In this document: in pieces, positions 31,161 to 42,293 of the stretch
Layout of the letters: the number at the start of each line of letters is the position of its first letter
Position numbering within the stretch: the stretch's first letter is position 1
Origin: Candidatus Poribacteria bacterium
GTDB taxonomy: Bacteria; Poribacteria; WGA-4E; WGA-3G
Direction: 5' to 3' (one strand)
DNA: 64,000 bases
Assembly: GCA_963664215.1 (NCBI GenBank)
Contig: OY761015.1
Position numbers and translations under genes: made by a program
The notes under the pieces: generated by a model
Databases searched by the model: none
The model's input: the letters and a program-made list of their open reading frames with translations, nothing else
Told to the model about the DNA's origin: nothing

Positions 31161-34100
31161 ATGAAGAACTTCATCAAAATTAGCCTTATATTCACGGTTA
31201 TCTTCGGATATCAGACCGCGGATGCCCAGCAGAACCTCGCCCAACAAGCGTATGCGATCTTTGAGCAAAGTTGTCTCAACTGCCACGGTGAGCATGGTGC
31301 GTTCACTGAAGAAATCATTATTGATCACACGGCACTCATCGAAACAGGGGCAGTCGTTCCGGGAAAGCCCATTGAATCCGAACTCTATAAGCGGCTCTTT
31401 GCAGAGGATGAAGCAAAACGGATGCCGTTGGGTCAACCGAAACTTCCCGTCGGAGCGATTCTGACGATCGGTAACTGGATTCAAGCCGGTGCTCCAAATT
31501 GGGATGACACCGTTGAAGCAGATGGGACCTTCATTACACCGAAAAAAATGCTTGAGAGTATTGAGAAGCACGTCAACTCACTCTCTCCGTTTGACCGCAT
31601 CTTCGCACGTTATTTTACGATGACGCATCTCTATAACGCTGGTGAGACGACGGAGGCACTGCATGCCTATCAACGGGCACTCTCGAAACTCGTGAATAGT
31701 CTCTCCTGGGGGCGTAATGTTATTAACCCACGACCCATTGATCCGAAAGAAACAATCTTCTATATCGATCTGCGCGACTACGAATGGGAGATCGGCACCA
31801 ATCGGTGGACCCTGATTGAGGCGGAGTATCCTTATGAGATCGAATTCAACACGCCAACACAGACAGCACTTCGTGAAAAACTGACAAACCTGCGGCAAAC
31901 AATGGAGTGCGAAGTGCCGTTCGTTCATGTCGATTGGTTCATCGCAACAGCCTCTTTACCCCCACTCTACCATAATATTCTGGGACTGCCCGAGACGGAT
32001 CGTGAACTCGAAACTCGATTGGAAGTAAATGTCGTTGAAAATATTCGCAACGCCGCGGGAAAGCGCGTCTGGCGTGCGGGTTTCAACAACTCTGGTGTGT
32101 CGAATCACAACCGCGTTGTTGAACGGCACCTTTCACGATATGGTGCGTATTGGAAAAGTTACGACTTTGCGGGGAGTGTAGAGTCGCAGAATATCTTTAC
32201 GCATCCGCTCTCTTTTACCCACGATGGGGGTGAAATTATCTTCAATTTACCGAATGGCTTGCAGGCATACTACCTCGCGGATGCCGGTGGCAGACGACTT
32301 AACGAAGCACCGATAAAGATTGTTCGCAACCTCGCAGCGAGTGATCCAACCGTCCGGAATGGACTCTCCTGTATCGGATGCCACACTGAGGGAATGAAAG
32401 ATTTTGAAGATCAGGTGCGTGGGGTCGTTCAGAAGAACCCGAACCCACCCTATAACAAAGATAGGGCATTGCAACTCTATACGGACAAAGCGACAATGGA
32501 TGCGCTTGTGGCAGAGGATACTGCTCGCTACAGGCAGGCACTTGAAACAGCAGGCGGTGTATTTGGTGGTATTGAACCCGTTCAGCGGTTCCACGAAGCG
32601 TTTCAGAGACCGCTTGATGTGTCACATGCTGCTGCCTCGGTAGGATTAGAAACAGTCGATTTTCTCCAAAAGGTTCGCGAGAATACGAGTCTGAAAAATT
32701 TAGGCTTGGGAGTGCTGACCGGTGTGAATGGCAGTGTGAAAAGGGATACATGGACATCGAATTTCAGCGAAATCGTTGCGACCTTGGGGTCACCTGAAAG
32801 CAGTGGGATTAAACCAGTTGTGCCGCAGACTGAACGTATTCCTGGGACTACCGTCGATATTCCAGATCCAAATCTCCGCACTGCGGTTGCAGAAGCACTC
32901 GGTAAAGCTCCCAAGGACACCATTACAGTGGAAGAGATGGCAACATTAGAGCGTCTTCATGCAAACGGGAAGGACATTAAGGATTTGAGGGGACTTGAGT
33001 TCGCAACAAATCTGGAAACTTTAGAAATTCGTGACAATCTGGTATCCGACCTCTCTCCGGTCGCAGGGTTAACCCAACTCAGTCGATTAAGCATAGAAGG
33101 AAATAAGGTTTCGGATATTTCACCACTTACAGAACTAAAAAATTTAGGATCACTCGGAATATATAATAATGAAATATCTGACATCTCACCACTATCAGAA
33201 TTAACAAACTTACGAGGGTTATCTATGTATAAGAATCCGGTCTCAGATCTTTCACCCCTCACAAATTTAAAAAACCTCACCTGGATAAGGTTGCGTGTTG
33301 AACCGCCCGGTAATCTCTCACCCATCGCGGAATTAATCAACTTGGAAGCTTTTTTCTATTGGGGTTCAGGCGAACCGGTTCCGGATTTATCACCTCTAAC
33401 AAAGCTACCAAAACTCGCAAAGATAGATCTTGGAGGCGGCGGTAAAGTGGACGTATCTCCTCTATCAGGATTGACAACTGTGAAAGAACTATGGCTACCC
33501 GACTGCGGAATCTCTAATCTCTCATTTTTAGAAAAACTCACCACCTTGGAACGGGCAAACCTTGGACGGAACAACATCTCAGATATATCGGCACTATCGG
33601 CATTACCGAATCTGAAGTGGTTAGATCTTAGGGAAAATCAGATATCCGATTTTTCACCTTTGGATGGGGTCCGTGAGCAGATAAAGCTCATTTGGTACAA
33701 CAATCCCGGGTTCTCAGGAGGCGGCCCGAAAATAGAGGGACCCTGGTTATGGGCTGTCCTGGCGGACGTGGACGTTACTAACCACCGTTGGTCCTTACTG
33801 CAGAGGGATTTACTATCAGAAGTAACTGGTGGGAAAGTAACAGAGGCAGAGATTGCTGCACGTGGGGCAGTAGAGGGGCAATCTGTCGGTAGTAGCGTTT
33901 GGACCTCTTACAAACTCCCGTCTACAGGGCGGATGGAGGATATGTTGAAACCTCCTGTTCCAGGCGGTGCCATCTACGGATCTGTGCTCCTATTTTCGCC
34001 ACGGGAACAGGCAACAACCCTATATGTCGGCAGCCCCTTTGAGCTCCAAGTCTGGCTCAATGGAACTTTGATCCACCAGCATACGCGTCACACAAGGCGG

Positions 34101-35273
34101 GGCACTGATTATACGGATGATTACCGTGTGACACTTCAGCGGGGAAAAAATGTCTTGTTGGTCGCACTTCTCAGCGATGGTCAGGGCTTTTTTGGGTTTG
34201 AACCAGAGACAGAATATACAGTGTCAAACTACGGTGTTAAATATACCTTTTCCAAGCCAACGATCCATGTCGGCGATACGTTTACCCTTGATATTAGCGC
34301 AGAAAACGTGCCCAATTTAGCGGGATGGCAGTTTGATATCGCATTCGACACTGCAATGCTCAAGGCAACTGAGGTAAACGAAGGTGGATTTTTGAAAACA
34401 GGAGGTGCATCGACCTTCTTTCAAAGAGGAACGATTAATAACGCCGCTGGGAGAATCAGAGGTCTCAGTTCAGCGAGTCTCAGCGGGGAGGGTGTCACCG
34501 GTACGGGTGCGTTACTGTCGGTAACCTTCTCAGCAAAGGTAGCCGGACAGACGCAATTGGTATTGCATAACTTCCAGTTTGGTTCCAGCACAGGCGAGGC
34601 TCTCCCCGCAGAACCTCATAAAGTTGTCATTGTTGTGGAGGAGCGGCTCACTACCGGAGATATAAACCGAGATGGACAGGTGAGTATCTTGGATATAATT
34701 ATAGTCGCCAAACATTTAGGAGAAACGGCACCCGCCAACTCGGACGTGGACGTAAACAGTGATGGAGTCGTTAGCATCCTGGATCTCATCCTTGTGGCAC
34801 AACAGATGGGTAAGTCAGCTGCCGCCGCTCCCTCTGCTATTGCTGCGATGAATAACGGGGAACTAAACCCTGTGATGATACAGTCATGGATCGAACAGGC
34901 ACAAGTTGAAGACGACGGCTCCATTGCCTTCCGAGAGGGTATCGCTTTCCTGCAAAGTCTTTTAGCAATGTTGATTCCAGAAAAGACAGCACTGCTTCCG
35001 AACTATCCGAACCCGTTCAACCCAGAAACGTGGATACCGTATCACTTAGCGAATCCAAGTGAGGTGACACTAACAATCTATTCTGTGACGGGTGAAATCG
35101 TGCGAACCTTGACGTTAGGGCATCAACCAGCGGGGATGTATCGGACGCGAAGTCGTGCGGCGTATTGGGATGGCAAAAATGCTTTCGGTGAACGCGTAGC
35201 GAGTGGTCTCTATTTCTACACGCTCACAGCGGGTGATTTCATTGGAACGCGAAGACTGTTAATTATGAAATAG
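31161..35273 (+). CDS. Secreted cytochrome c/LRR/cohesin/dockerin/FlgD-type protein, paralog 2
   Basis: Same architecture; start MKNFIK at 31161 matches paralogs. Confidence 0.9.
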   Translation: MKNFIKISLIFTVIFGYQTADAQQNLAQQAYAIFEQSCLNCHGEHGAFTEEIIIDHTALIETGAVVPGKPIESELYKRLFAEDEAKRMPLGQPKLPVGAILTIGNWIQAGAPNWDDTVEADGTFITPKKMLESIEKHVNSLSPFDRIFARYFTMTHLYNAGETTEALHAYQRALSKLVNSLSWGRNVINPRPIDPKETIFYIDLRDYEWEIGTNRWTLIEAEYPYEIEFNTPTQTALREKLTNLRQTMECEVPFVHVDWFIATASLPPLYHNILGLPETDRELETRLEVNVVENIRNAAGKRVWRAGFNNSGVSNHNRVVERHLSRYGAYWKSYDFAGSVESQNIFTHPLSFTHDGGEIIFNLPNGLQAYYLADAGGRRLNEAPIKIVRNLAASDPTVRNGLSCIGCHTEGMKDFEDQVRGVVQKNPNPPYNKDRALQLYTDKATMDALVAEDTARYRQALETAGGVFGGIEPVQRFHEAFQRPLDVSHAAASVGLETVDFLQKVRENTSLKNLGLGVLTGVNGSVKRDTWTSNFSEIVATLGSPESSGIKPVVPQTERIPGTTVDIPDPNLRTAVAEALGKAPKDTITVEEMATLERLHANGKDIKDLRGLEFATNLETLEIRDNLVSDLSPVAGLTQLSRLSIEGNKVSDISPLTELKNLGSLGIYNNEISDISPLSELTNLRGLSMYKNPVSDLSPLTNLKNLTWIRLRVEPPGNLSPIAELINLEAFFYWGSGEPVPDLSPLTKLPKLAKIDLGGGGKVDVSPLSGLTTVKELWLPDCGISNLSFLEKLTTLERANLGRNNISDISALSALPNLKWLDLRENQISDFSPLDGVREQIKLIWYNNPGFSGGGPKIEGPWLWAVLADVDVTNHRWSLLQRDLLSEVTGGKVTEAEIAARGAVEGQSVGSSVWTSYKLPSTGRMEDMLKPPVPGGAIYGSVLLFSPREQATTLYVGSPFELQVWLNGTLIHQHTRHTRRGTDYTDDYRVTLQRGKNVLLVALLSDGQGFFGFEPETEYTVSNYGVKYTFSKPTIHVGDTFTLDISAENVPNLAGWQFDIAFDTAMLKATEVNEGGFLKTGGASTFFQRGTINNAAGRIRGLSSASLSGEGVTGTGALLSVTFSAKVAGQTQLVLHNFQFGSSTGEALPAEPHKVVIVVEERLTTGDINRDGQVSILDIIIVAKHLGETAPANSDVDVNSDGVVSILDLILVAQQMGKSAAAAPSAIAAMNNGELNPVMIQSWIEQAQVEDDGSIAFREGIAFLQSLLAMLIPEKTALLPNYPNPFNPETWIPYHLANPSEVTLTIYSVTGEIVRTLTLGHQPAGMYRTRSRAAYWDGKNAFGERVASGLYFYTLTAGDFIGTRRLLIMK

Positions 35274-35371
35274 TATCATATGACCCTAGGATAGCTCGGA
35301 TGCTGATGTTTATTAGCTTCCCAGCGATCGCTGATGAGTGGAATGATGTGCTTGAAGGCACATTTGCCTCA

Positions 35372-35400
35372 AGTATAGCAATACGAATAGGGGGTGTCAA
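35372..35400 (-). promoter_or_regulatory. Outward-facing sigma70 promoter in element copy 1
   Basis: Minus strand TTGACA-17 nt-TATACT with extended -10 TG. Confidence 0.75.
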
Positions 35401-35408
35401 CCCTATTT

Positions 35409-36266
35409 TCAAGTCAACTGCTCCTGTTTTGCTAAGTTTGCATCGATGGTTTGGAGTTGATGCTGTGGAATCAGGTCAAGATATTGGGTGATAACGCGCT
35501 TAGAAAGTCGTGTAATCTGCGAGATTTGGTCAATATCGGCAGTCGCCGCACGAACGACTTTCACCGACTCATAATCCCGAATGTATCGATCGACAGCCTC
35601 CTTGGAGTGCTTCATCTTGGCGGCGATAGTCGGGGTGAGATAGCCTTGAAGATAGAGGGTGATGATCTCTTTCTTGTGGGTAATCGCCCCGGATAGATCG
35701 TGGATATTGCCTCGAGTGGGTAAGATGTCTCCTGTGGTTCTCTGCCATTCATTGACATAGTCATTGACGACCTGATCACAGACGTTGAGTAAGACCGCTA
35801 AGTCAAGATGGGTCAATAAGGCGCCTTGGTCATAAGCCTGATGACACCAACGAACCAAGCGATTGATTCTCAGTTGCCGGGAAGTGAACCCGTCGCGAAA
35901 GGATTCGACATCCTCTGCGGCGACATAGGTCAGGATGATGGGTTTCATACGGGTCTTGATGATGGCTTTGCCTCTTTCGGGGTATTCATCAACAGGGACT
36001 GCCATCCAGACGAGTTGTCCATAGCGGAGGTATCGCTCCTCGGGCAGTTCATCTGCCATGGCGAGTTTTTCCAGAGGGAGGGTAATGACGAAATACTGCT
36101 CAACGGTCTTGAGAATATCCTCAACAATGGCAGTGGCAGTGACTTCGCCTTTGTCATACCCGTAGTCATTGAGAAAGCGATGGATCAACAACTGTCGTAG
36201 CGATTTATCGTTGATGCGCCTGACTTTCTTCTCATTGATTTGCGTGCGCGTCAAAGGTTTGCTCAT
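35409..36266 (-). CDS. Element ORF B (DUF1670-like), intact
   Basis: AYDQGALLT..DLA.LL, TRGNIHDLSGAITHK, HSKEAVDRY. Confidence 0.8.
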   Translation of the reverse strand: MSKPLTRTQINEKKVRRINDKSLRQLLIHRFLNDYGYDKGEVTATAIVEDILKTVEQYFVITLPLEKLAMADELPEERYLRYGQLVWMAVPVDEYPERGKAIIKTRMKPIILTYVAAEDVESFRDGFTSRQLRINRLVRWCHQAYDQGALLTHLDLAVLLNVCDQVVNDYVNEWQRTTGDILPTRGNIHDLSGAITHKKEIITLYLQGYLTPTIAAKMKHSKEAVDRYIRDYESVKVVRAATADIDQISQITRLSKRVITQYLDLIPQHQLQTIDANLAKQEQLT

Positions 36267-37077
36267 CGCAGATCCCCCTTTTTTTCATCCACGGGTTCGG
36301 GGTGAAGCAGTTGGGTCATGCGATCGGTGTCTTGGTGTTCTTCATACAACGAGAGATACTCGCGAACGAGGCGATCCGAGAAGTGGGTGATCAGGCGTAT
36401 CTGTGCGCTCGGAAACCCTTGATGATGCAGCGTGGCGACTTGTGTAAAATCTCTGAGGTAGCGGTAGACGGCACGTTCGGAGTGGTTGGTCTTCTGCTGA
36501 ATCTCGGTGAAGGTGTAGTCCTTGAAATACAAATCGAGAATCTGCGTCTTATGAGACAGCCCCGGTCCCATGTCGTGCTTGGCGCCACGCGTCATGACGA
36601 AATACCCGTCGTGTTTCAAGGCTCGGATGTCGCGTTTGACGCTCGCAGGACTCGTGGTTAATAAGATGGCTAAATCTTCATAACTCAGCAAGGCGTCTTG
36701 GTCGTAAGCTTCTTGGGTCAACCGCAGGATCCGATGTCGCCTGAGACCTGCCAGTCCATAAGTGGCTAAGACTTCGAGGTCGACTTGCGTGTCATTGAGC
36801 GTCAGCCGACAGGAGACTTTCTTGGCTAAGGCGATGTGTTTCCCGGTTCCGGTTCTTCGGCAGCGACGGCCTCGTAGCAGATTTGCCCGGATGTGAGTTT
36901 GACATCAGCGTGTTGGGCAAAGTAGGTAGAAATCTGTTGATAGTAGGCTTCGGCGACGATAGGCATAAGATTGAAGTCTGCTGAAATCTTCTGAATAATC
37001 GCGGCTCTAGCATTCTTGGATTCGAGTCGGTTGATACCGTAAGCGGTATCGTTTTGGCGTGTCATAGTGACCTCCAT
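36263..37077 (-). pseudogene. Element ORF A (DUF1670-like), frameshifted near 36845
   Basis: Split into ORFs 36826-37122 and 36263-36721; 2 nt longer than copy 2 at this point. Confidence 0.75.
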
Positions 37078-37234
37078 GAAGGGAGTCTGGGTGATGTAAA
37101 TACATCTACCTGTTAGGTTCACTCATACTCTTAGTATAACTCATGGGGTCATATGATACAAACTATAAATAAGGTCGTACATCAAAAGATATTGCGAGCA
37201 CAACTCGCTCTTTCAAGAAGGAAAAAAGAGATAC

Positions 37235-40200
37235 ATGAAGAACTTCATCAAAATTAGCCTTATATTCACGGTTATCTTCGGATATCAAACCGCGGATGCC
37301 CAGCAGAACCTCGCACAGCAGGCGTATGCGATCTTTGAGCAAAGTTGCCTCAACTGCCACGGTGAGCATGGGGCGTTCACTGAAGAAATCATTATTGAAC
37401 ACACGGCACTCATCGAGACCGGGGCAGTCGTTCCGGGAAAACCGATTGAATCCGAACTCTATAAGCGACTCCTCACAGACGATGACACCAAACGGATGCC
37501 GCTGGGTCAACCCCGACTTCCACCGGCAGCGATCCTGACGATTGGCAACTGGATTCAAGCAGGCGCACCGGATTGGCAGACACGAGAACGAGACACCGGC
37601 TTTATTACACCCAAGGAGATGCTTGAGAGTATTGAGAAGCACGTCAACTCACTCTCTCCGTTTGACCGCACCTTCGCACGTTATTTCACACTCACCCATC
37701 TCTATAACGCTGGTGAGACGACGGAGGCACTGCATGCCTATCAACGCGCACTCTCGAAACTCGTGAACAGTCTCTCTTGGGGACGCGAGGTCATCAAACC
37801 GCAAGCGATTGATCCGGAAGAGACGATCTTCTATATTGATCTGCGCGACTACGAATGGGAGATCGGAACCAATCGATGGACACAGATTGAACAGGTGTAT
37901 CCGTATAGCATTGAGTTCAATGCCCCAAAACAGACAAATCTACGTGAAAAATTAACGACTTTGCGGGAAGTAATGGAGTGCGAAGTGCCGTTCGTTCATG
38001 TCGATTGGTTCATCGCAACAGCCTCTTTACCCCCACTCTACCACGACATTTTAGGGCTCCCTGAGACCGATCGAGAGTTAGAAGATCGGCTTGAGGTAAA
38101 TGTCGTTGAAAATCTTCGCAACGCCGCGGGAAAGCGCGTCTGGCGTGCAGGTTTCAGCGATTCGGGTGTGTCAAATCACAACCGCGTTGTTGAACGCCAC
38201 ATCTCTCGGTATGGGGCGTATTGGAAAAGCTACGACTTTGCGGGGAGTGTAGAGTCGCAGAATATCTTTACGCATCCACTCTCTTTCACGCACGATGGCG
38301 GTGAAATCATCTTCAACCTTCCCAACGGCTTGCAAGCGTACTATCTCGCGGATGCCGGCGGCAGACGGCTTGACGCGGCTCCGATACAGATTGTTCGCAA
38401 CCTCGCAGCGAGTGATCCGACCGTCCGTAACGGTCTCTCCTGTATCGGTTGCCATACAGAAGGGATGAAAGATTTTGAAGATCAGGTGCGTGGCGTTGCT
38501 GAGAAAAACCCGAACCCGCCATTTGACAAGAACCGGGTGTTGCAACTCTATACAGACACAGCGACGATGGAGGCACTCTTGGTGGAGGATACGGATCGCT
38601 ACAAACAAGCTCTTGAAGCGACCGGCGATGTGTTTGGTGGGATTGAACCCGTCCTGCGATTCCACGAGGCGTTTCAGAGACCTGTTGATGCGGCGTATGC
38701 CGCTGCCGTCGTTGGCTTGGAGACCGAGGTGTTCCTCCAAAAGATGCGTGTTTCGGCGAATTTGAAAGGTTTAGGGGTGTTAGTCTTGGAAAATGGCACG
38801 ATGAAAAGGGATACGTGGACATCGAAGTTTAGTGAAATCGTGTTTGCACTGGATTTCCCGGAGGCGGCTATTTCGGTTGACCCGCAGACGGAACGTATCC
38901 CTGGGGCATCTGTCTATATCCCCGACCCGAATTTGCGTGCGGTCATTGAAGAGAATCTCGGAAAAACACCAAATGCCCCAATTACCGTGGAAGAGATGGC
39001 GACTTTGGAGCGGATTTTTCCTGAAGACAAAGGCATCAGTGATTTGACGGGGCTTGAGTTTGCAACAAATTTGGAATGGTTAAAAATTGAGAGTAACCAA
39101 ATATCTGACCTATCGCCGCTGGCGGGATTAACAAAACTGGATCTTTTGGATATCAGTGCCAATGAAATCAGTGACTTATCGCCGCTGACGGGGTTAACAA
39201 ATCTTAGACACATAAAGGTGAGTCATAACAATATTTCGGATCTCTCGCCTCTGGCGGGATTGCCGAACTTGAAGCGGTTTGATTCTTGGGGCAATCCTGT
39301 TTCTAATCTGTTGCCACTCGTAGAACTCGAGGTCATAGATATTTGTGGTGGGGAGCCTGATATATCTACCTTGGAAGGCGCGAAAAATTTGAAAGAACTG
39401 TATCTGCTGGGAGGCGGGATATCGGATGTCTCACCTGTGGCGAAGTTGACAGGGTTAACGCGCTTAGGTGTTGCCGGTAATCCCCTATCGGATATATCGC
39501 CTTTGGCTACGTTAACCGGCTTGAAGTGGTTGGAGCTTTCAGAAAACAAAATATCGGATATATCGCCGTTGGTAAAGTTAACTAACCTGAAATGGTTGCA
39601 TATTGGCGGAAATATGATATCCGACTTTTCACCTTTGGATGGATTCAGCGAGGATGTAACGATCATTAATCACACCAATCCAGGTTTCCCGAAAGGCGGT
39701 CCCAAAATAGAGGGTCCTTGGTTATGGGTGTTGGTACCAGAGGCGGATATTAGAAGTGCTGTTGCGGGGAAGCTGGAGCACCCTAATGATGATCTTCTCG
39801 CGAATTTAGATGTTCTCGCAGAAGCGAGTGGTGGCAAGGTAACAGAACTGAAGGTTTCAACCCATGGTGCAACTGAGGGGAATCCTGTTGGGAATGACGT
39901 CTGGTATTCCGGCACAATATCATCTACAGGGCGGAATAACATTGAGACGGTGTTAACGCCGGAAGTGTTAGCAGGCCCTTTTGTGCCCGGTGTTATTTAT
40001 GGATGTGTCGTCCTGTATTCACCGCGACAACAAGCGGTAACGCTGTTTGCTGGGAATGACGGTGGCGGTAAAGCGTGGCTCAACGGTACTTTGGTTCATG
40101 AGAAACTTCAAGGGGCACGTGGGGTGGATTACCAACATTTCGTTCCTGTTACGCTCAAAGAGGGCGTGAATGTCTTATTGGTTGCAACAAGAACCGGGGG

Positions 40201-41296
40201 TAACGGTTTTTGGGGGTTCAACCCTGAGGCGGAGTATACCGTGTTAAACCCGCGTCTCGGATACGTATTTTCCCAATCTATCATCGATGCCGGCGATACC
40301 TTCACGCTTGAAATTAGGGCAGAGGATATCTACAATTTAGCAGGATGGCAATTCGATATGACTTATGACGCCGCTCTGCTTGAAGCCGTTGAAGTCAACG
40401 AAGGCGATTTCCTGAAGACAGGGGACGGAGCGACCTTCTTCCAGAGAGGGACGATTGAGAATCGGTCGGGTAAGATTAAAGGGCTGAGTTCCGCACGACT
40501 CAGCGAAGACGGGGTTAGCGGCACTGGTACGTTGTTGTCAGTAACATTCACAGCGAAAACAGCTGGGCAAACGCGATTGAGACTCGATAACTTTCAACTC
40601 GCTGCTATCACCGGGAAGCCCATCGATGCAGGACCGCATGCGGTCGTCATTACTGTAAAGGGAGAACAGACGACCGGGGATGTAAATCGGGATGGTCAGG
40701 TAAGCATTCTGGATATGGTGCTTGTGGCTCGCCACCTTGGAAAAACCGTTCCCCCTAACTCGGATGTTGACCTAAATGGCGACGGAATTGTGAACATCTT
40801 GGATCTCATTCTTGTTTCCCAGAATATGGGCGGATCAAACGGCTTGGCTGCCCCGTCAATGCTATCTGTGGACAGTATGGAAGGATTGGATCCTGCGATA
40901 ATACAGGCATGGATAGCGCAGGCACAACTTGAAGATGACGGCTCTATCGTCTTCCAACAGGGCATCGCGAAACTTCAGGAACTTCTGCGATCGTTGATCC
41001 CGAAAGAGACGGTGTTGCTTGCGAACTATCCGAATCCGTTCAATCCAGAAACGTGGATACCGTATCAACTCTCGGAATCTGCGGAGGTCACCTTGCGGAT
41101 CTATGCTGTGAATGGTATCTTGGTTCGGACGTTGGCGTTGGGACAAATGCCCGCTGGCATTTATCAAAGCCGGAGCCGTGCGGCGTATTGGGATGGTAAA
41201 AATGCCGTAGGTGAACGCGTAGCGAGTGGTCTCTATTTCTACACACTCACAGCCGGTAATTTCACGGCAACGCGGAAGATGCTAATACGGAAATAG
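37235..41296 (+). CDS. Secreted cytochrome c/LRR/cohesin/dockerin/FlgD-type protein, paralog 3
   Basis: Same architecture; ends RKMLIRK. Confidence 0.9.
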   Translation: MKNFIKISLIFTVIFGYQTADAQQNLAQQAYAIFEQSCLNCHGEHGAFTEEIIIEHTALIETGAVVPGKPIESELYKRLLTDDDTKRMPLGQPRLPPAAILTIGNWIQAGAPDWQTRERDTGFITPKEMLESIEKHVNSLSPFDRTFARYFTLTHLYNAGETTEALHAYQRALSKLVNSLSWGREVIKPQAIDPEETIFYIDLRDYEWEIGTNRWTQIEQVYPYSIEFNAPKQTNLREKLTTLREVMECEVPFVHVDWFIATASLPPLYHDILGLPETDRELEDRLEVNVVENLRNAAGKRVWRAGFSDSGVSNHNRVVERHISRYGAYWKSYDFAGSVESQNIFTHPLSFTHDGGEIIFNLPNGLQAYYLADAGGRRLDAAPIQIVRNLAASDPTVRNGLSCIGCHTEGMKDFEDQVRGVAEKNPNPPFDKNRVLQLYTDTATMEALLVEDTDRYKQALEATGDVFGGIEPVLRFHEAFQRPVDAAYAAAVVGLETEVFLQKMRVSANLKGLGVLVLENGTMKRDTWTSKFSEIVFALDFPEAAISVDPQTERIPGASVYIPDPNLRAVIEENLGKTPNAPITVEEMATLERIFPEDKGISDLTGLEFATNLEWLKIESNQISDLSPLAGLTKLDLLDISANEISDLSPLTGLTNLRHIKVSHNNISDLSPLAGLPNLKRFDSWGNPVSNLLPLVELEVIDICGGEPDISTLEGAKNLKELYLLGGGISDVSPVAKLTGLTRLGVAGNPLSDISPLATLTGLKWLELSENKISDISPLVKLTNLKWLHIGGNMISDFSPLDGFSEDVTIINHTNPGFPKGGPKIEGPWLWVLVPEADIRSAVAGKLEHPNDDLLANLDVLAEASGGKVTELKVSTHGATEGNPVGNDVWYSGTISSTGRNNIETVLTPEVLAGPFVPGVIYGCVVLYSPRQQAVTLFAGNDGGGKAWLNGTLVHEKLQGARGVDYQHFVPVTLKEGVNVLLVATRTGGNGFWGFNPEAEYTVLNPRLGYVFSQSIIDAGDTFTLEIRAEDIYNLAGWQFDMTYDAALLEAVEVNEGDFLKTGDGATFFQRGTIENRSGKIKGLSSARLSEDGVSGTGTLLSVTFTAKTAGQTRLRLDNFQLAAITGKPIDAGPHAVVITVKGEQTTGDVNRDGQVSILDMVLVARHLGKTVPPNSDVDLNGDGIVNILDLILVSQNMGGSNGLAAPSMLSVDSMEGLDPAIIQAWIAQAQLEDDGSIVFQQGIAKLQELLRSLIPKETVLLANYPNPFNPETWIPYQLSESAEVTLRIYAVNGILVRTLALGQMPAGIYQSRSRAAYWDGKNAVGERVASGLYFYTLTAGNFTATRKMLIRK

Positions 41297-41397
41297 TGTC
41301 ATATGACCCTAGGATAGCTGGGAGGCTGATGTCCATTGGAAACCTCCCAGCGATCACTGATGAGTGGAATGATGTGCTTGAAGGCACATTTGCCTCA

Positions 41398-41426
41398 AGT
41401 ATAGCAATACGAATAGGGGGTGTCAA
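41398..41426 (-). promoter_or_regulatory. Outward-facing sigma70 promoter in element copy 2
   Basis: Minus strand TTGACA-17 nt-TATACT. Confidence 0.75.
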
Positions 41427-41434
41427 CCCTATTT

Positions 41435-42293
41435 TCAAGTCAACTGCTCCTGTTTTGCTAAGTTTGCATCGATGGTTTGGAGTTGATGCTGTGGAATCAG
41501 GTCAAGATATTGGGTGATAACGCGCTTAGAAAGTCGTGTAATCTGCGAGATTTGGTCAATATCGGCAGTCGCCGCACGAACGACTTTCACCGACTCATAA
41601 TCCCGAATGTATCGATCGACAGCCTCCTTGGAGTGCTTCATCTTGGCGGCGATAGTGGGGGTAAGATGTCCTTGAAGATAGAGCGTGATGATCTCTTTCT
41701 TGTGGGTAATCGCCCCCGATAAGTCATGGATATTGCCACGCGTGGGTAAGATGTCTCCGGTGGTTCTTTGCCATTCGTTGACATAGTCATTGACGACCTG
41801 ATCACAGACGTTGAGTAAGACTGCCAAGTCGAGTTGAGTCAACAAGGCACCTTGGTCATACGCTTGGTGACACCAGCGGACCAAACGATTGATTCTCAGT
41901 TGTCGGGAGGTCAATCCATTGCGAAAGGATTCGACATCTTCTGTAGCAACATAGGTGAGAATGATGGGTTTCATACGGGTCTTGATGATGGCTTTGCCTC
42001 TTTCGGGGTATTCATCAATCGGGACTGCCATCCAGACGAGTTGTCCATAGCGGAGGTATCGCTCCTCGGGCAGTTCATCTCCCATGGCGAGTTTTTCCAG
42101 AGGGAGGGTAATGACGAAATACTCCTCAACGGTCTTGAGAATATCCTCAACAATGGCAGTGGCAGTGACTTCGCCTTTGTCATAGTCCGTAGTCATTGAG
42201 AAAACGATGGATCAACAACTGTCGTAGAGACTTATCGTTGATGCGTCTGACTTTCTTCTCATTGATTTGCGTGCGCGTCAAAGGTTTGCTCAT
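41435..42293 (-). pseudogene. Element ORF B, frameshifted near 42185
   Basis: CATAGTCCGTAG versus CATACCCGTAG in copies 1 and 3 (1 nt longer). Confidence 0.75.

Larger units (their letters stand above)
35268..37168 (-). mobile_element. Two-gene DUF1670-like element, copy 1
   Basis: IRs GTATCATATGACCC (35273-35286) / GGGTCATATGATAC (37146-37159); repeated three times with different right flanks. Confidence 0.88.

Noticed and set aside
35330-35365. CTGATGA in the element's non-coding end as a hammerhead ribozyme core
   Set aside because: No stem II followed by a GAAA in the required geometry, and the predicted transcript is the opposite strand
35279-37156. TCATATGA as a simple 8-bp target-site duplication
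   Set aside because: Conservation continues beyond it on both sides, and the empty paralog-4 site lacks it; kept only as an alternative model
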